Positions 41,953 to 57,063 of a DNA stretch of 60,260 nucleotides are shown piece after piece. Source of the DNA: Trichoplax sp. H2. Its lineage: Eukaryota. The stretch is from NCBI GenBank assembly GCA_003344405.1, contig NOWV01000295.1, positions 1 through 60,260 on the forward strand. Direction: 5' to 3'. The notes under the pieces were generated by a model. The model had not been told where the DNA came from, searched no databases, and saw only the letters and a program-made list of their open reading frames with translations. Both the position numbers and the translations under genes were made by a program. The first letter of the stretch is position 1, and each line of letters starts with the position of its first letter.

Positions 41953-44900
41953 AGACCAACTCCTATTATCAGCTGGTGCTTGTATAACTCTAACACTCAA
42001 TTATGCAACAACATCCAAGCATCATCTAAGTACGCTTATAGTCAAGCCAGTAATAGGCTAACTATTAATAATCTCATTCCTCAAGATGCTGGAACGTATA
42101 GATGTATAGCAAAAAGTATAAAATCTATACAATGGGATAATGTCTTACAAGTCGATCGTAAGTTAGATTTTGACAAGATTATAATTATCTATCAAAGCTG
42201 TCCAAAATAATATATTGTGTTAATTGACAATGAGGATTGCTTCGATTTTTAATTTAATAGCAAAATTGACATGGATAACAAGGTTTAGATCAATGTCTGC
42301 TTCAATCGAAGATACTGTAACTTTTCCTTGTACTGCATACGGCACGCCGCCATTAAAATATACGTGGTATAAACAAGCCATTAAATTTCCCCTGACTAAT
42401 AGTCGATTCATTATGTCGAGTACAAGTGGAAATTTAACAATAAGAAATCTATTAAGTAATGATACTGGCGTTTACCAATGCGTTGTTGAAGACAGATATA
42501 ACAGAATTGCAAGTGGAGGATACTTCGAAGTCAAAGGTTAAATATTAGCTTATAGCTATCTTTACAATGATTAGCTGTAAATCTACTTAGTTAAAAAGTT
42601 GAAGGTTATACTGTATTTTGATATAATAAATTCTCAAAAGTAAATAAGTATGCTAAACTGTTATTTAGTCGATCCGTATATTACTTATTGAGATAAAATT
42701 ATATCGGTAACAATTCAGTACAGTACTATTAACTTTCTTATTCACTTATATAGTAGTCTTTAAATCGTTATCTTGCTTAGTCTATGTTCTCTAAATTTAT
42801 TCTACTTTGTTAAATTGATATAGTATTTGCAGCCAGATTTACTGAGACGATGCAACAACAGCAGATTATTCAAGTTGGTCCATCAGCACAAGTAGTATGC
42901 CCAATTGACGGAGGTCCAAAACCGACTATTGATTACTTCTTTAATGGAAACCAGATATCATTGTTGGGCTCTAATAAATATGAAAGATTACGAAATGGTA
43001 ATTTATTGGTTAAGAATGTCGTCTTAGCAGATGGAGGAAACTATACTTGTAGAGGAAGAAATCGATATAATCCAGTGAATACCTACGTTACTGGTTGGGC
43101 AAGGGCTCATGTTTACCGTAAGTTAACCCTTATGCTATGACGTTTTCTGATATAGATTACAAAAGCTATCAATAATTTAGATAGTATTATTTTAAAACTT
43201 CCGTTTAAGCTAATACAATACAATCCTATATAATTCAGTAGATATTCATCTTGATCGTAATCTCATAAGATCTATTAAAATTGTTATTTTTCATTTTCGA
43301 TAGTTCTAAAATCAGATCTAATCAATTCTATATATATCTTACCGACAAATATCCTTTCATCCCATTAGTCTTATCCTTCTTAGTATCCGTAAAAATATTA
43401 CATCATATTTCTTGCCTATTATTTTTAGTGTTTAACAATTAATTAATTGACGTAGTCAGAGAGATTGTAAGACTTGATACGTATTTAACCCTATTTTTTA
43501 ACAAATATTCTTAAAGCTACAACTTCTTATCCATGCAGTGATAGTTTATTAAGACTTCTCTACAGTACTTTCATTCTCATCTATATCCGATAACAAAGTA
43601 TAAGTTCGCATGAGAAAGATATTTTGAAGACATTGCTTGAGTAGATTGTACTTTAAAGAGCTCTTAATTGAATTGCTCTAACGTTTACAGAAGCGACTAA
43701 AATTCTGGAAGGTCCAACTACCCGAAGCTATCGTATTGGCTCTACAGTAACTATCCCATGCAATGTTACAGCTGATTCTAGAATTAGGAATGCGGTTACA
43801 GTAGTATGGCAAAGGAATGGTCAATCTATACAAGCTTCATCCAAATATGTACTACGAAATTTATATCCTAATTACGCCTTGACTATTAACAACGCTCAAA
43901 TCGCAGAAAGTGGAAATTACTCATGTAGAATGACTGTTGATGTCGCTCAATTACCAGGAAAAACAATTACTGATACTAAAATTGGAAACATAGCATTCAA
44001 TGGTAAGATTAATAGAGAAAATTCACTGAATCAGCCTAGATATTCTCAGTCATTATATTGAATAGTACCGTATACGTTAAGTAGCGATATAAGACGATAG
44101 CAAAACATTAAGATAATTACTATTCGTAGCAGTTGACTTTTATTTCTGTTCTTAGCTGTTCCACTACCTCCTACTCTTGCTTCTGGAAGATTAATAAATA
44201 GCAGTATGCTATTTCTTAACTGGACTTTCGCAACCGGTAACGAAAACAATAGTCCTTTGAAAAAGTTTGTCGTCCAATTCAGATCAAACTATATCTCAAC
44301 TATTCGAACACTTTTGGAAATACCCAACATCAACCAACGAAGTACCTTCATAACTCCATCCCCATATATAACATACACTTTATACGTAGCTGCAGAAAAC
44401 GGCGTTGGCCTTAGCCAAAGGAGTAATCAATTACAAATTAGAAATCCTAATACAGCTGGTACGATTAATATAATAGTTACTCCTCTTATGACTATCATCA
44501 ATTTTTTAATTATATCATTTACGCGTATAAAACGACATCTAACAAATAGTATAACAATGTGCTAAAGTTACTGTTGTTAATTCTTAAAAGCCATTTTATC
44601 GATAACTTTTTTCAATAATGAGCTCACTAACACAAAGTAATTTCATTTTTAGTTCCTACCGACGCACCTACTAATCTTTATACGCTAGTCAATTCAGCAG
44701 ATTTAACAACATTAACCGTTTACTGGACAGTAAGTTATTTTTAATATTTCTAGGTTTCTCACTACATTTATTTCTGTTTCAACTATATTTACATTAATCT
44801 TTGATATAGTTACTTATCATAGTTTCATATAAGATAGGTGCACGTTTTCGTTAAAACTAGTCGAAAATTTAAATAATAATATCTAATTTATTTTCAGCCA

Positions 44901-47441
44901 CTAACAGGTGAACAAGCTAATGGCCCAAACTTAAGGTATCTGTTAAGATACAGGAAGAGTAATACTGCCAACTCTTATAAGACCATCGACGTAACCGGCT
45001 CTAGTTACACAATTTCCGGATTAGAAGCTCGAGTTAATTATGATTTCGATCTTCGAGCGCGTAACGATATTGGCCCAAGTACAGTATTTGCTTACTATCT
45101 CGGATGTACATGCGAACAAAGTAAGAAAACTGTACACCTTGCTTCTTCTAATTTATGATTAATTAGATAGTACCAAGTTATTCTCTACTAGTCTTTTATA
45201 ATAAAATTCAATTTTTGTCTTGATTAGAAACAAGCATAGTTATTCAAGTAACTAAGTTATTGTTAACCATTAATACAATTATTATCGAAAACTAATGTTA
45301 ATTAATGTATCTATATACTTTATACTGATGATATTAAGGGCCTGTCGGAATACCATTCAATGTAACCGTAGTAGTAACAAATGCAAACATCGTTATTAAT
45401 TGGTTACAAGTACCTGTGCATTTGCAGGGCGGAAAAATCACGGCTAATCGGGTAAAATACTAAACAGAGTCCTATTGTGTTATCACTATAGATATAAATT
45501 AATCAAATATACTAGATCTTACAAATCGCGGGTATACCTATACATCAATTATTTAGTAAGCTAAAACTGTATTTTGTCAGTCGGAATGATATGTATGTAT
45601 ACATACGCGTACTTACACAAATCGTTTATACGTACATGCTAAACATCGTAGTAGATAGTAGAAATAAACTTACTACAAATTTAAAAATAAATTTCGAATA
45701 CTAAGAATATTTACGGTTTAACTTTTTTATATTACAGGTTAGATTAACACAAGTTACTTCTGGAACACAAAATACCATCTTAATCAATTCTACAACTAGT
45801 ATTACTCTTTACGGTTTAGCACCTAATACTAATTATACCGTTGCTATTAGCGGCAGAAATGCTGCTGGAGAAGGTCCATTTTCTGTTCCTAAAACCTTTA
45901 GAACTGGCAGCATAGGTAATAAGGATAATATATGTATTAGTCTTTACCGGTAATACACGTACAATAGAGAACTTTAACAAATTAAGCTACAAGACGGTAT
46001 TTTTCTTCTTTTCTCGTACGCTAATTGTAGATACAGCATATAAACCAGTTTTAGGCTTTCCTATTAGCAGTGATATAACTAATGATACTGTTACTTTACG
46101 ATGGACTATCGTTGGTCAACCGTTTTATTTCCAGCCTCAATATAGACTTTCAAGTAAGTAATGTACCGCAATGTTAAAGTTTTCTATCATTTTAGCTGCT
46201 ACTTCAGCGGTAGCAAAGAAGAACAAATTATTGCTAAACCGAGCTAATTACTACATAAGAAGCGCTTTAAAAGAATTCTCTCTTGTTTGTGACTTTATTT
46301 TTATTAGATCAAATATGGATATCTAGTAATAATCTTACAAGGCAAACAGCAAATGTAGTAATAAGAGGACTTCTACCGAATACGGCTTACGAATTCAGAG
46401 TTAATGCGATCTATTTTAGCGGACGAAATATATCAAGCGATATCCGAGCTGTACAAACTAAAAGTAAATATAAGATCACTTGTAGAAGCAAGAATGAACT
46501 AACTTTTCTATTAGCTAGACAATACAACTATAACCCATACAAGTAGTAATGAAAAATCTGTGTATATCTGATATACTGAGCTAGATTGATTCCTTTTTCG
46601 CTTTATAGATACTATCGGACAACAAGTTCGACCTTTTTATCAAGAAGCATGGTTTATCATTATTATTGTTATAGCTTGTCTAGCCCTTATTATAGCTATA
46701 GCTGTCCTACTTTGCAAAGGCCGTAAGAAAGCAGGTAAATTTCCAGGTTAGTGTGAATGTTGATGATCTTATTATAGTAGCCTACTAGCTTATATGTCTT
46801 CTATTACTTTTAAAATTAATCGGCTATTTTTTTCAATTTCTTTGTTTATATCGTATTCATATTAGCAGTTCCAAAAGGCAAACAGTAAGTCAATCTTTTC
46901 AAAGTTTTCTTAATTATAGAGTAATTTCGATAGTCTACATTGATTTATTAGCTATTATTTTTCTTAATATTTTCATATGCGCAGACTTTATGCTTTATTA
47001 ATGTAACAAGAATATTAGAGCTATAATATATTGACGGATTACTACTATTAATGATTTACTGTTAGGAATCCACCCATTCCACCGCCTCCTGAAACAACGA
47101 ACGAGGAATATGATACCATTAAGAGACCACCTTTGCCTCACCCTCAGACTGAAACAATCCATCATGGAGATGAGTCGTTGCTTGACAATAATAGTATCGA
47201 TAGCCTTGAACAATATGCTGACTTGCCTGGATTAAGTAAATTTAATGAGGACGGCTCATTTATTGGTGAATATGGCGACAAGGAAATGGACAGATACAGC
47301 CAATATAATCATGAAGGTGTTATCGAGCCAACTGGTAGTCAATATGGCGCAGTCCGGGATGATGCAAGCTATCATACTAATCATACTAATCATAATACCC
47401 TCGATGTTGATAATAGCACTACTTTTTCAACTTTTGTCTAA
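40046..47441 (+). CDS. L1CAM/neuroglian-family cell adhesion molecule (signal peptide, 6 Ig, 4 FN3, TM, ankyrin-binding tail, PDZ motif)
   Basis: Exons 40046-40112, 40475-40792, 40940-41260, 41557-41577, 41690-41777, 41955-42157, 42261-42536, 42824-43117, 43691-44002, 44156-44458, 44653-44729, 44898-45120, 45339-45451, 45738-45915, 46031-46153, 46308-46463, 46609-46746, 46869-46884, 47066-47441, with consistent phases. Ig C-W-DxGxYxC patterns, TM WFIIIIVIACLALIIAIAVLL, cytoplasmic SLEQY...KFNEDGSFIGEY (L1 signature) and C-terminal STFV. Confidence 0.93.
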
Positions 47442-48659
47442 TTTCTGGCATAGCTCAGCATCTTCTCAACTAGAATATTTAAATCGTTCAAATTCAGTAT
47501 TTTATGTGACAGCAAGATTCCTTTTCTTGATCTGCATATCATTATGCCTATGCAGTATTATTAACTAGTTAAAAGTGATGATAAAATCCATTTAATAATT
47601 TTAACATTGTTTACTTGGAAAAGATCAGATCATAGTAATAAGAAAAGAAACAATCGTGGCAAGTTACAATTAATTTAATATTGGATCTAGGTATTCATTT
47701 TTTAATCTCTCCAATAATAATCGAATCATAATTCAATAATGTTACTACAGCAATACCGCAAGGTCCTAAGGGCTACAATTAATTCTTGTCACATCAAGTA
47801 ATCGGTCTCACTCTTATATTCTGAAGTAATCTATGCATATAACAATGTTCATTCATGATTGTGTAAGAACAACACCTACTCGTTGGATTATATTGTAATT
47901 TGATCACGTATGGAAGCTTAATACTAGAAAATTATAGAGAATCTATAATTGAAAATCATTGAATTACGATAAAGAAATAGATTCTGGAAGATCTTGTTAG
48001 AGTAGATTAACTCTTCATTTTGTAGGGATAGAGCGATAACTGAACGGTGATTTTGGACACATTTATAGCTATGTTACTAGCATCTATCGCATATAAATTG
48101 AATATATTTCTACTACTAAAAGATTCATTTATACTATTTATTCACTTTTAATATCCTGAATACTCTAAGTCCATAAAAGATCGAATACGAAACCCGCAAT
48201 AATGTCAGGAAGTAATAATTCATTTTGTTTAATCTGTTAGTTTTGATATTTACTAGCGTGGTGTAATCGCCTGGCATGTATTCACTGGACCATTAACTTT
48301 GACTTTATATAATTATAATTGTACTTGTGAAAGGATACATTTGTACAAATATCCTATCTTATTCCTATTGCGGCAATATCATAGCGGGTCTTATTTAATC
48401 CAAGTTTATCTATTACCGTATTCATCATTCATTGATTTATCCAACTTAGTAATTTTAAGAAGTTTTCCCTGTATATTGATATTAAAGATAATGATGATAT
48501 TCAGCTTGCACTTCGGTTGCAAATTGTATGTATGTCCAAAATCTTACGATTTCAACCATCATTACTTATACTAGTATACTTTCATTTTAGAAAGATACTG
48601 TGGCATTTTTACTTTAATAGCATTGATAATTTTCAAGATTTGTGTCCGATTTGTTAAAT

Positions 48660-49920
48660 AGAGTAATAAAAGAGACAGAAGTTATGCATTCAATTGTGTG
48701 ATGACTTTTATCCATTTAGATAAATAGAAAATTAACATCAGCAGCACAATATTGAATGCTACTTGCAAAGTATAAGTAAGACAGCATAAGTAATCCCTAA
48801 ATTTATTATTCTCTATTACGGGACTTTAATCTACGTAAGAAGCTTTGCTTAGTGCATGACTTTCATAACTCTAGTTATAATGTAGAAAGATTAGATCGCA
48901 TTATTTCTTAATAAAGGCGATAAAAGTTATCCAATCGATCGTTACGGTAGCTTTCATTAATATACCGAAATAAAAACTAACGTCAAGACAGCATCAGGTA
49001 CTACTTTCATTTGTATATAAGACAGTTGTAGCTTTACCCATACTTAAATTGATTATATAATATTCTCTACTAAAAGATTTCTTACTTGTACATTATAACT
49101 TCTGTCTACTGGATGCAGTTAATAAAGGCGGTAGAAATTATACTGTACAATCGATTTTTATGATAGCTTTCATTAATTTAGTGAAGTAGAAAACTAACAT
49201 CAAGACAATATCATGTACTACTTTCACTCGTAACCAAACCTTTCTCAGATCTAGGTTGTAGCTTTATCTATATTTATATTAAGTATTCTCTACTAAGAAA
49301 TTTCTTGTTTATACCGTAGTTCCTGACATATAAAGAAACTAGATTACATTTTTCATCGTAAAAGAAATCAAAGTGATACAATCGACTATAAGCATAATTT
49401 TATCAATTTAACAAAATAGAAACTCACCATTATCAAGACAATATTGAAAGCTACTTGTATTCTATATAAGACATTACTAACTACCCCTAAATAGATTATT
49501 CACTATTACAGAATTTCTTGCTACAAATAAGAAGCTCCACCTGGTGCATGACTTTTATGGTTCTAGTGACAATGTAGAAAATTATATTACGTCTCTTTAC
49601 GATAAAGATGATAGAAATTATGCAATAGATCATGATAATTTTTATCAACTTAGCAATATATAATACATAGAAAGTTATCATATCACTAAACATCGAACGC
49701 AATTGGTGGTATATGGAAACAACGTTAACTACACCTAATTAAATATTCTCTATTAAAGAATTTCTTACTTGCATAAAAAGTTCTACCTAATACGTCATAT
49801 GACTCTCATAGTTCTAGTAATAGAAAAATTATATCAGGTAATTTCGTCATAAAAGAGATAGAATAGTAAAATCGATAGTTACGATGACTTCATCAATTTA
49901 GCAGAAATATCCTATATAAG
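48660..49920. repeat. Degenerate ~215-255 bp tandem repeat, 5-6 copies
   Basis: tattctctac/tta..a.atttctt recurs near 48807, 49061, 49284, 49497 and 49744, with shared internal blocks. Confidence 0.75.
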
Positions 49921-52900
49921 GCAACGCTAACTGTATCTAAAGTAATTATTTTACAACAGTTATATAAAAAGCTAAGCGTCGTGAATGAATTCAATAGCTC
50001 TATCTGCATTACAGAAAGACTACTCCACTATTATTTCAGCGTAATATTGTGGAATAAAAAAAACACTGTCTTACTAGCCAAATATCTTTCTGTTGTGTGT
50101 GAATTGGCTTAAAAATTACTCGCATACCATAAAATGCTACTTTACACTATAATGAATAAGAGCAATATATTTATCTTACTATTCATGTGCTAACTATCAC
50201 TTTTGTAGACATTAGCTTAATACAGCCCCTATTTGTCGACAATACTACAATGAGTTCTGGAAATATAATAGAGTAATAGAAAGACAACTGTATTCAGAAA
50301 ACCTAGTACTTTATTATGACTTATGCGAGGCTAGTGTAATCTGTTTTCGTTTCGATGCAACAGTTGTTCATTATTTAATCTTATAGTACTCGTCTATCGC
50401 TATACTTTATTATACTGCCACTCTGCTAATACTTTCGGTTTTATATTAATCTATCATTATATATCGTGACTATATAAATAAAATATCGTCATCAGTTCTA
50501 TACCTAATAATTATGTTTCAGATTGATATTGATACTGATAATATAATCTGAATGATAATATCAGTATCAGCATCAGTGCATCACGAATAGTAACCCAGCT
50601 ACTGCAGTATTATCTTTCAATCGGTATAGTTTAGGATCTAATATAGTTGTATGAAGTTAATATTTTCATTCCTTAACTATTTGTAAAAGAATTAAAGGAT
50701 AAAGAAATTAGAGGTTATTCATGCGATCTACTTCTATGAAATTTTAAACGAAATCATAGATAAAAATATCATTCTTTACGAGTAACATAATGCAATGTTA
50801 TAACAGTGTTTTGAGCAATTTTGTACAGCAGTATTTGAAGCATCTGAACTGGTAAATATCAGTTTGCCCAAAAGAAAAATTATTGATATGTACTAAAGAC
50901 AACATTTCTCAAATCGATGGCCATTATCATCTTTAGTGATAGACGTGTTGAAAGTAATCGCAGTCATCGACAAGTCACAGTACTGCACTTTTGAGTCTTG
51001 TAGTGATGCTCCCCATAGCTGATTATAAAATAGCTATATTCGATATAGTTAGGTTTCTAAGAATAGACGTTATCGTGGTGCTAATATTATTTTAGATGAT
51101 TGTTAAGTACTATATTAAAAATTGTTAATCACTAATATTAGCCAGTTGGCTAATTATGGTACAAGATTTATTTGACTTGATGTACTGTAATTATGAAGAT
51201 ATCCAACACCGAAAGGTGCTAAATATTAATAGAAGAGTAGTGATATTTTAGGCAGAATGACTCAGATTGTAGAAGATAATGATGACCTATTTAAGGAAAA
51301 GTACTCTATTTGATGACTCAAGTCTGATTGTAGCTAATTATATTATCATAAGTAGATTTATCAACATGTATTTTAGAGCTGTAGAGATGAGCATAGACAT
51401 AGACGAGACTTCACTTTGAGCTCGAAATACTTTAGACTAGATTCTTGCTAGTAATTCATTCTTGCTCTACTATTCTTCAACTATGTAATAAAAGCCTTTT
51501 CTTAAATTCCCTCTTGACGAAAGTTACAGTACCACAAGGAGGCAGTAACGGATTGCTTCAACCGAACCCATAACTACTTAACCCGTGAAAATAAATTAAT
51601 TACTACTATTTTAAGACAATGACTACTTGCACCACTTGAAAGATCTACATATTACCTGTAGCTATACAATGAGATTGAAAAATTGCGATTGTTCCAATCA
51701 TGCATCATCGATGGCTTTAGCACAGTTTAATACTACTAACAATGATTCATTACTTCTTCTTCTAATATAGTAATGTAAACTGGTTGACTATATGACTCAA
51801 ATAAACACTGTATGCATAACTATTGTTGGAGGAATGCTCTAGTGGGGTAATGTGTATTCTCTGCAAATATTGGACAATGCCAACTATTGTCCGGGCAACA
51901 TCTTTCAAGTCTGTAATTTTGTAAGAGTCATAAAAGAGTAAGTTTTAATCTACTACAATAGATGAAGTCATCGATTTAGAGAAATGAAGAATCGCCAGAA
52001 GGACAACTGCTGTTAAGTAGAATAATACGAAACCATGACTTCTCAGCGTTGTTTGGCTAGAGCATATCATTAATTAAGAAAATATCATGAAGGTGGAAAA
52101 AAAGCCAAAATGGCAATTGAATTCTAATGTGAGTAATTTTTAAATCAACTTGTAGACTCCGACTTGTCAGCTACAAGTGCCTCTATCGGATTCAATTTCA
52201 ATTTAGATCTTTACTGATAGCACTATCAGTGTCAAATGAGAAGAAAGTGTAGAGTAAAGGATATATTATAAATGATTGTAATCCGTGTCTGTTGTGTTGG
52301 ATACATTAGAAGAAAGGAACTGTAAGTTAGACTTTCTAACCGTTAACATTTGAAATGATGAAATTAAACTGACTTATTAATTCTAATCATTCAATAAGCG
52401 GATCAAGTAGCGATGTTAGTTTTCTATATACAATCATTAGTCTATGGTTTTAATCTCCGTCTGCTATTCATCATAGTAGCACAGTTAAAATAGCATTATA
52501 CAATACCTCTATTCTCTATCATTACCCAAACGAGATCATGATACATAGCAAATGCTTCGTATCATTGTCTTATGCTTTATAAAGTGACAATAAAAATGTC
52601 ATAAAACGGCCAGTAAAAACGAGTTGAAGAGGTTCATATCGCATGACAAAACGACAAACATTGGCTAATAATCCATCATCGATTCGAAACGATGACTAGA
52701 ATAGCCATGATAGATCTATTTAACAATAAAAAATGAAACGATCGGTATTGAAATCGTATACTGCTAAGTGATGGCCATGTTTTCAGATGGTCTACTTCGA
52801 GCCTAAATAGAAATTGATTGAATATACTTTAGTAATTAGCGCTAAATAGCCATAACTCATCATCTTTGACTAATTACTATAAATCCAATATTTTTTCTAT

Positions 52901-55900
52901 CTCTTATTTGCATAACTGATCTATATAGGAAAATTATTCAGTCTAGAGACAGTCGGCAATACAAAGAGTTGTCACGTCATCGTTGGCTAGGCTTGGCGTT
53001 GAAGAGGTGCTTTATTTATTGTATAATCTAATTGAAATTAAAGTACCGCCTCGGTAAAGAAACCCAACCGTCTATCTAGGACTGCAATGGTCTATCACTA
53101 TTGTCTACTATTGTTTCATTATTCTTATTTTTACTGACTTATCAATTTGAATCTACCCCTAACTGATTGCTGCACTGTATACTAAAGCTATTTTTTCAAG
53201 TCGCATCGGTGCATGCATATTAATTCTTATTCTTTTCTGAATATTCTGTCCCTCTTATTCACTGTCAGTAGTTTTTGCTTCCTTGTCTTTATGTTAAGCG
53301 ATCATAGAAGGATTATTCTGTAACGACTGACTACAGTACTTATAACTAGTATTTGTTTGCTATTTGTAAGCAACGTGCGTCCTTGGAATTAGATCAACCC
53401 ATTCCACTTGCACCGTAGAAAGCAAAAATCGATTTGGTATTTCGTTGATTATTCATTTATCAAATAGACGGTAAGACACTATTCTATAAATTTCAATTTA
53501 ATTTTTGAATTGTTTTTGGAGACGATATCCTTAAAATAAAATTGATTCCATTAACGTAGTCGACTTTTATATTGGAAAAAATTAAAATTTTAATAATACG
53601 CAACGTGGGTGCTACTTTTCCGTTTATTATTCCCATATTATTTTTTTTCCAACTTGGATTAATTCTGTTTGTATTGGTGTGGTACTACCGTAGTTTAATA
53701 ACTTTAGTTTCTATAAAGCATGTCTCATAGCACCTTTGCAAGTGTCTAATTGCTACTTCAAATCGTCTTAAAATGGGACATAAAATAACAAACGCCTTCA
53801 AAATTGCAAACTGTTGTCACCAATAATATCAAAAATGCCCCTACTTTTATACTAAGACAACGTCAATATTGATCACTTATCCATCCATTTTTTCCTTTTA
53901 TTTTATCATAGCTAACACATGAAATACGTATCGTACTTAATCAAATTTAATAGACAATATCATTTGCATTGGTACCACGCACAATTTAAATAATCTAGCT
54001 AACTCGCTAGTCATTCTATTACATCTTATCAATGCGATATTAGCCGATAACGAATCATAGCGTAATATTTTTCAAAGTAACATCTTAACAGTGAAAGCTT
54101 ATTGTGTTGCTCTACAATATAGTCTACAGTCGTAGAGTGAACAAACTATAAAGTTGACATTTAACCTATTTGTTCACAAATATTACATTAACAAGCGATA
54201 AAATATAGAATATTACATGTAATATATCGAGCACAAACCGTCGATTATGAAAACGTTAAAAATTATATGAAAACTATCTGACGCTCGGCACGGTATCATA
54301 TTGGTATATGCTAGCGTCTACGAGCAAATTGAAAATATTTTGTATACTTTACGATTTACTAGGCATTAATTCAATTTTCAAAGACTACCTGTATACTGGC
54401 TATAGAGTTCAAGTACAAGCTACAATAAATTGCTGCACATTGACGAGACTGCTTGTAATAATTGATACTCGATATTGTAGAACTCCTAAAACGCTTTGTT
54501 CTCTACTTATTTTGTATATTTTAGCGGAATAGAGAAAAGAGAAAGCACTGTCTTCTTTAGTATTTAAGCTATTCTTACAAGTGACCAAGTATACTAGAAT
54601 TTTTCGACTAATAGAAGTTCACACTATACTTTTATATTCTTGGATTAAAATATCGACGTCTATCTAGCACTTTAAAATGATTTTATTATTCGTCTTTACC
54701 CTTGAAATTATAGTATGTAGGCAGTAAAGTATAAGTGTAGCGGGCAAGATAGCTACTATGCCTTGAGAATACGGCATACGATATCATGATAAAAAGGGGA
54801 CTTATTAAAGCATACCAATACACGTTCATTTTTACATTACTGTGTGCAGCTAATTCTTAGGATCCACGTTAAACTAGACTACCCAGATTATAAAACCGAA
54901 TTAAGCTTTATTACATTATCAAACTGTAACTGCATCTATAGCGAAAGACTGAAGAACTCCCGATATACTCGATGCATACGCTTAATAAACTCTAGTGCAT
55001 AACATATTAAGTAGCGATAGTAACATTATCATAACGTTTAATAGGAATTGGATTACCATATCCTCCTGGAGCACAAGCATTACATCTTACTGTAGCGCAT
55101 ACATTAATAATTTTGGTACTAATTAAGAATTCAACTTGGAGTTTACTAACTCGACATCTTAAACTCTAATTTTTTGTATCTTGGCCAACTTTGAAAGCAT
55201 ATTCTTATTGACACAACTTTTCGATAAAGAATTCCTGAGTTGATCAATACGAGTAAGGCTGTTATCTCTTCTACTAAAAGGCAATATAGTTAAAATTATC
55301 AAGTAGCCTTTATAAATGCTTTACTGTAATAGGAAAACAAACAGATTCCCTCGAACATAAAGCAATCGTCTAGATTATCAAACATTATCGAGATTCATAA
55401 TCCGTAACCAAGGAAATTTATTACAATACTAGTAGAACCTTGTATTTTTTGTCGATCATTAACCTAAATATGCTCTGCCAGGAAAATTAACATCCGAACT
55501 ATTTACCATCAGCAACAAAAAGGATCTATTACGCAATCAATCAACTAAGTCAAATCGGTAGTTTATTATATGGCATACCGGTAGTAGTTCCTTTTCCTTA
55601 TACCGTGCGCGAATATTACATAAATATAATAATAGCATTATTTCGTTACTAATAGTAAAAACATGAGCTATAAACTTTAGTACTTTAAGCAATTATCATC
55701 CATATATTAGTCTTCAAAAGGATAGCTTTTTGCATGCTACCTACCTTGAATAGAAACGATTGTTTCAGGAGCCTCTTTCGATGTAAGACATACGGTATCA
55801 ACCTTTTAATACATTTACTAAAAAATCTGATTTTCACCCCGCTATATATTTGATATTTTACGTGTAAACATACGCGTATCATTATAGTGGGTAAAAGGTA

Positions 55901-57063
55901 TCCTAAATATTAATCTATCAACAATGATAAAATGATGATTGGAAATTAAAAGTACGGAAAATGCGTCTTGTTATAGTCGGCATAAATTTTAAAGAATTAG
56001 ACCAGACTTCTAGAGACTGCAATGTAATTAATTCAAAATGTTATGTTGACTTATTATATGAATAAATTATACAAAAAATAAGGAATAATGTTTGCAATAC
56101 TTTAGACATTTTAGCTTGCCTTGGATTATAGATTTCATTATAACTGTAGATGTGGTATAAAATTATTAGATAAACAGTTCTTACTCTCATGTATTATAAT
56201 AATTATAAGAATCCAAACTTTAATGAGTCGTGAGTATTAAAATAATTACAGCGAGAGTACTGCGTTCAAAAGTAGGAGATCGTATTTTATTTACGGAATA
56301 CTATTGATGACTATCTGGTAATAGGGAACATGACATATTGATAAAAAGAAGCGATTTACAAAGACAATGCGATGCAACTGTAATATATTTCACGAAAAAT
56401 ATTACTAAATTGCAATCTTTGCATCTGCGGAAACGAATTATGCACTAGTTTTATAATATAATATTTAGTTTATAGCATCCTGTATACTACTGTCGAAAAT
56501 GAATCTGTCGTACGTGATTTAATGCGCTAGTCCATGAACATAATAATTAAAAACAAAATTAATAAAAAATACACAGAGACAATTATTACTCACAATTATT
56601 CATCTACTTTATAATCAGATGGGTGTCATAGCGTAATATGAATGAAATAAGCAATTTACTATTGCTAACAGTGTCCCAGTTTTACATCAAAGTTTATCGT
56701 CTAACGTGTATACGAGCATTTAGTGAAATTTCAGACATTGAACAAATATAGTAAAATATATGACCGATGGTGTACCATGCTATACACTTCCTGATGAGAT
56801 TACAGTATCAAATTGTAATCACTAGCATACGGTTTACGTTATGCTATTCACTATAGGAATACATTTTACCATTGTGCCTATTTTTATTTATGTGCACCTA
56901 AGGATCAAAAATTTTTCTGTTTTTCTTCATCTTCTTGTAATCAAACTTACTTATATTAGACCTTAAAGCTTAAAATCATTCTTAATTGATTATTAAATAT
57001 AACTTAATTTAATGTATTTAATCTATTAGCTCAAGAATAGACTACTGCTTATTGCATTACTAA

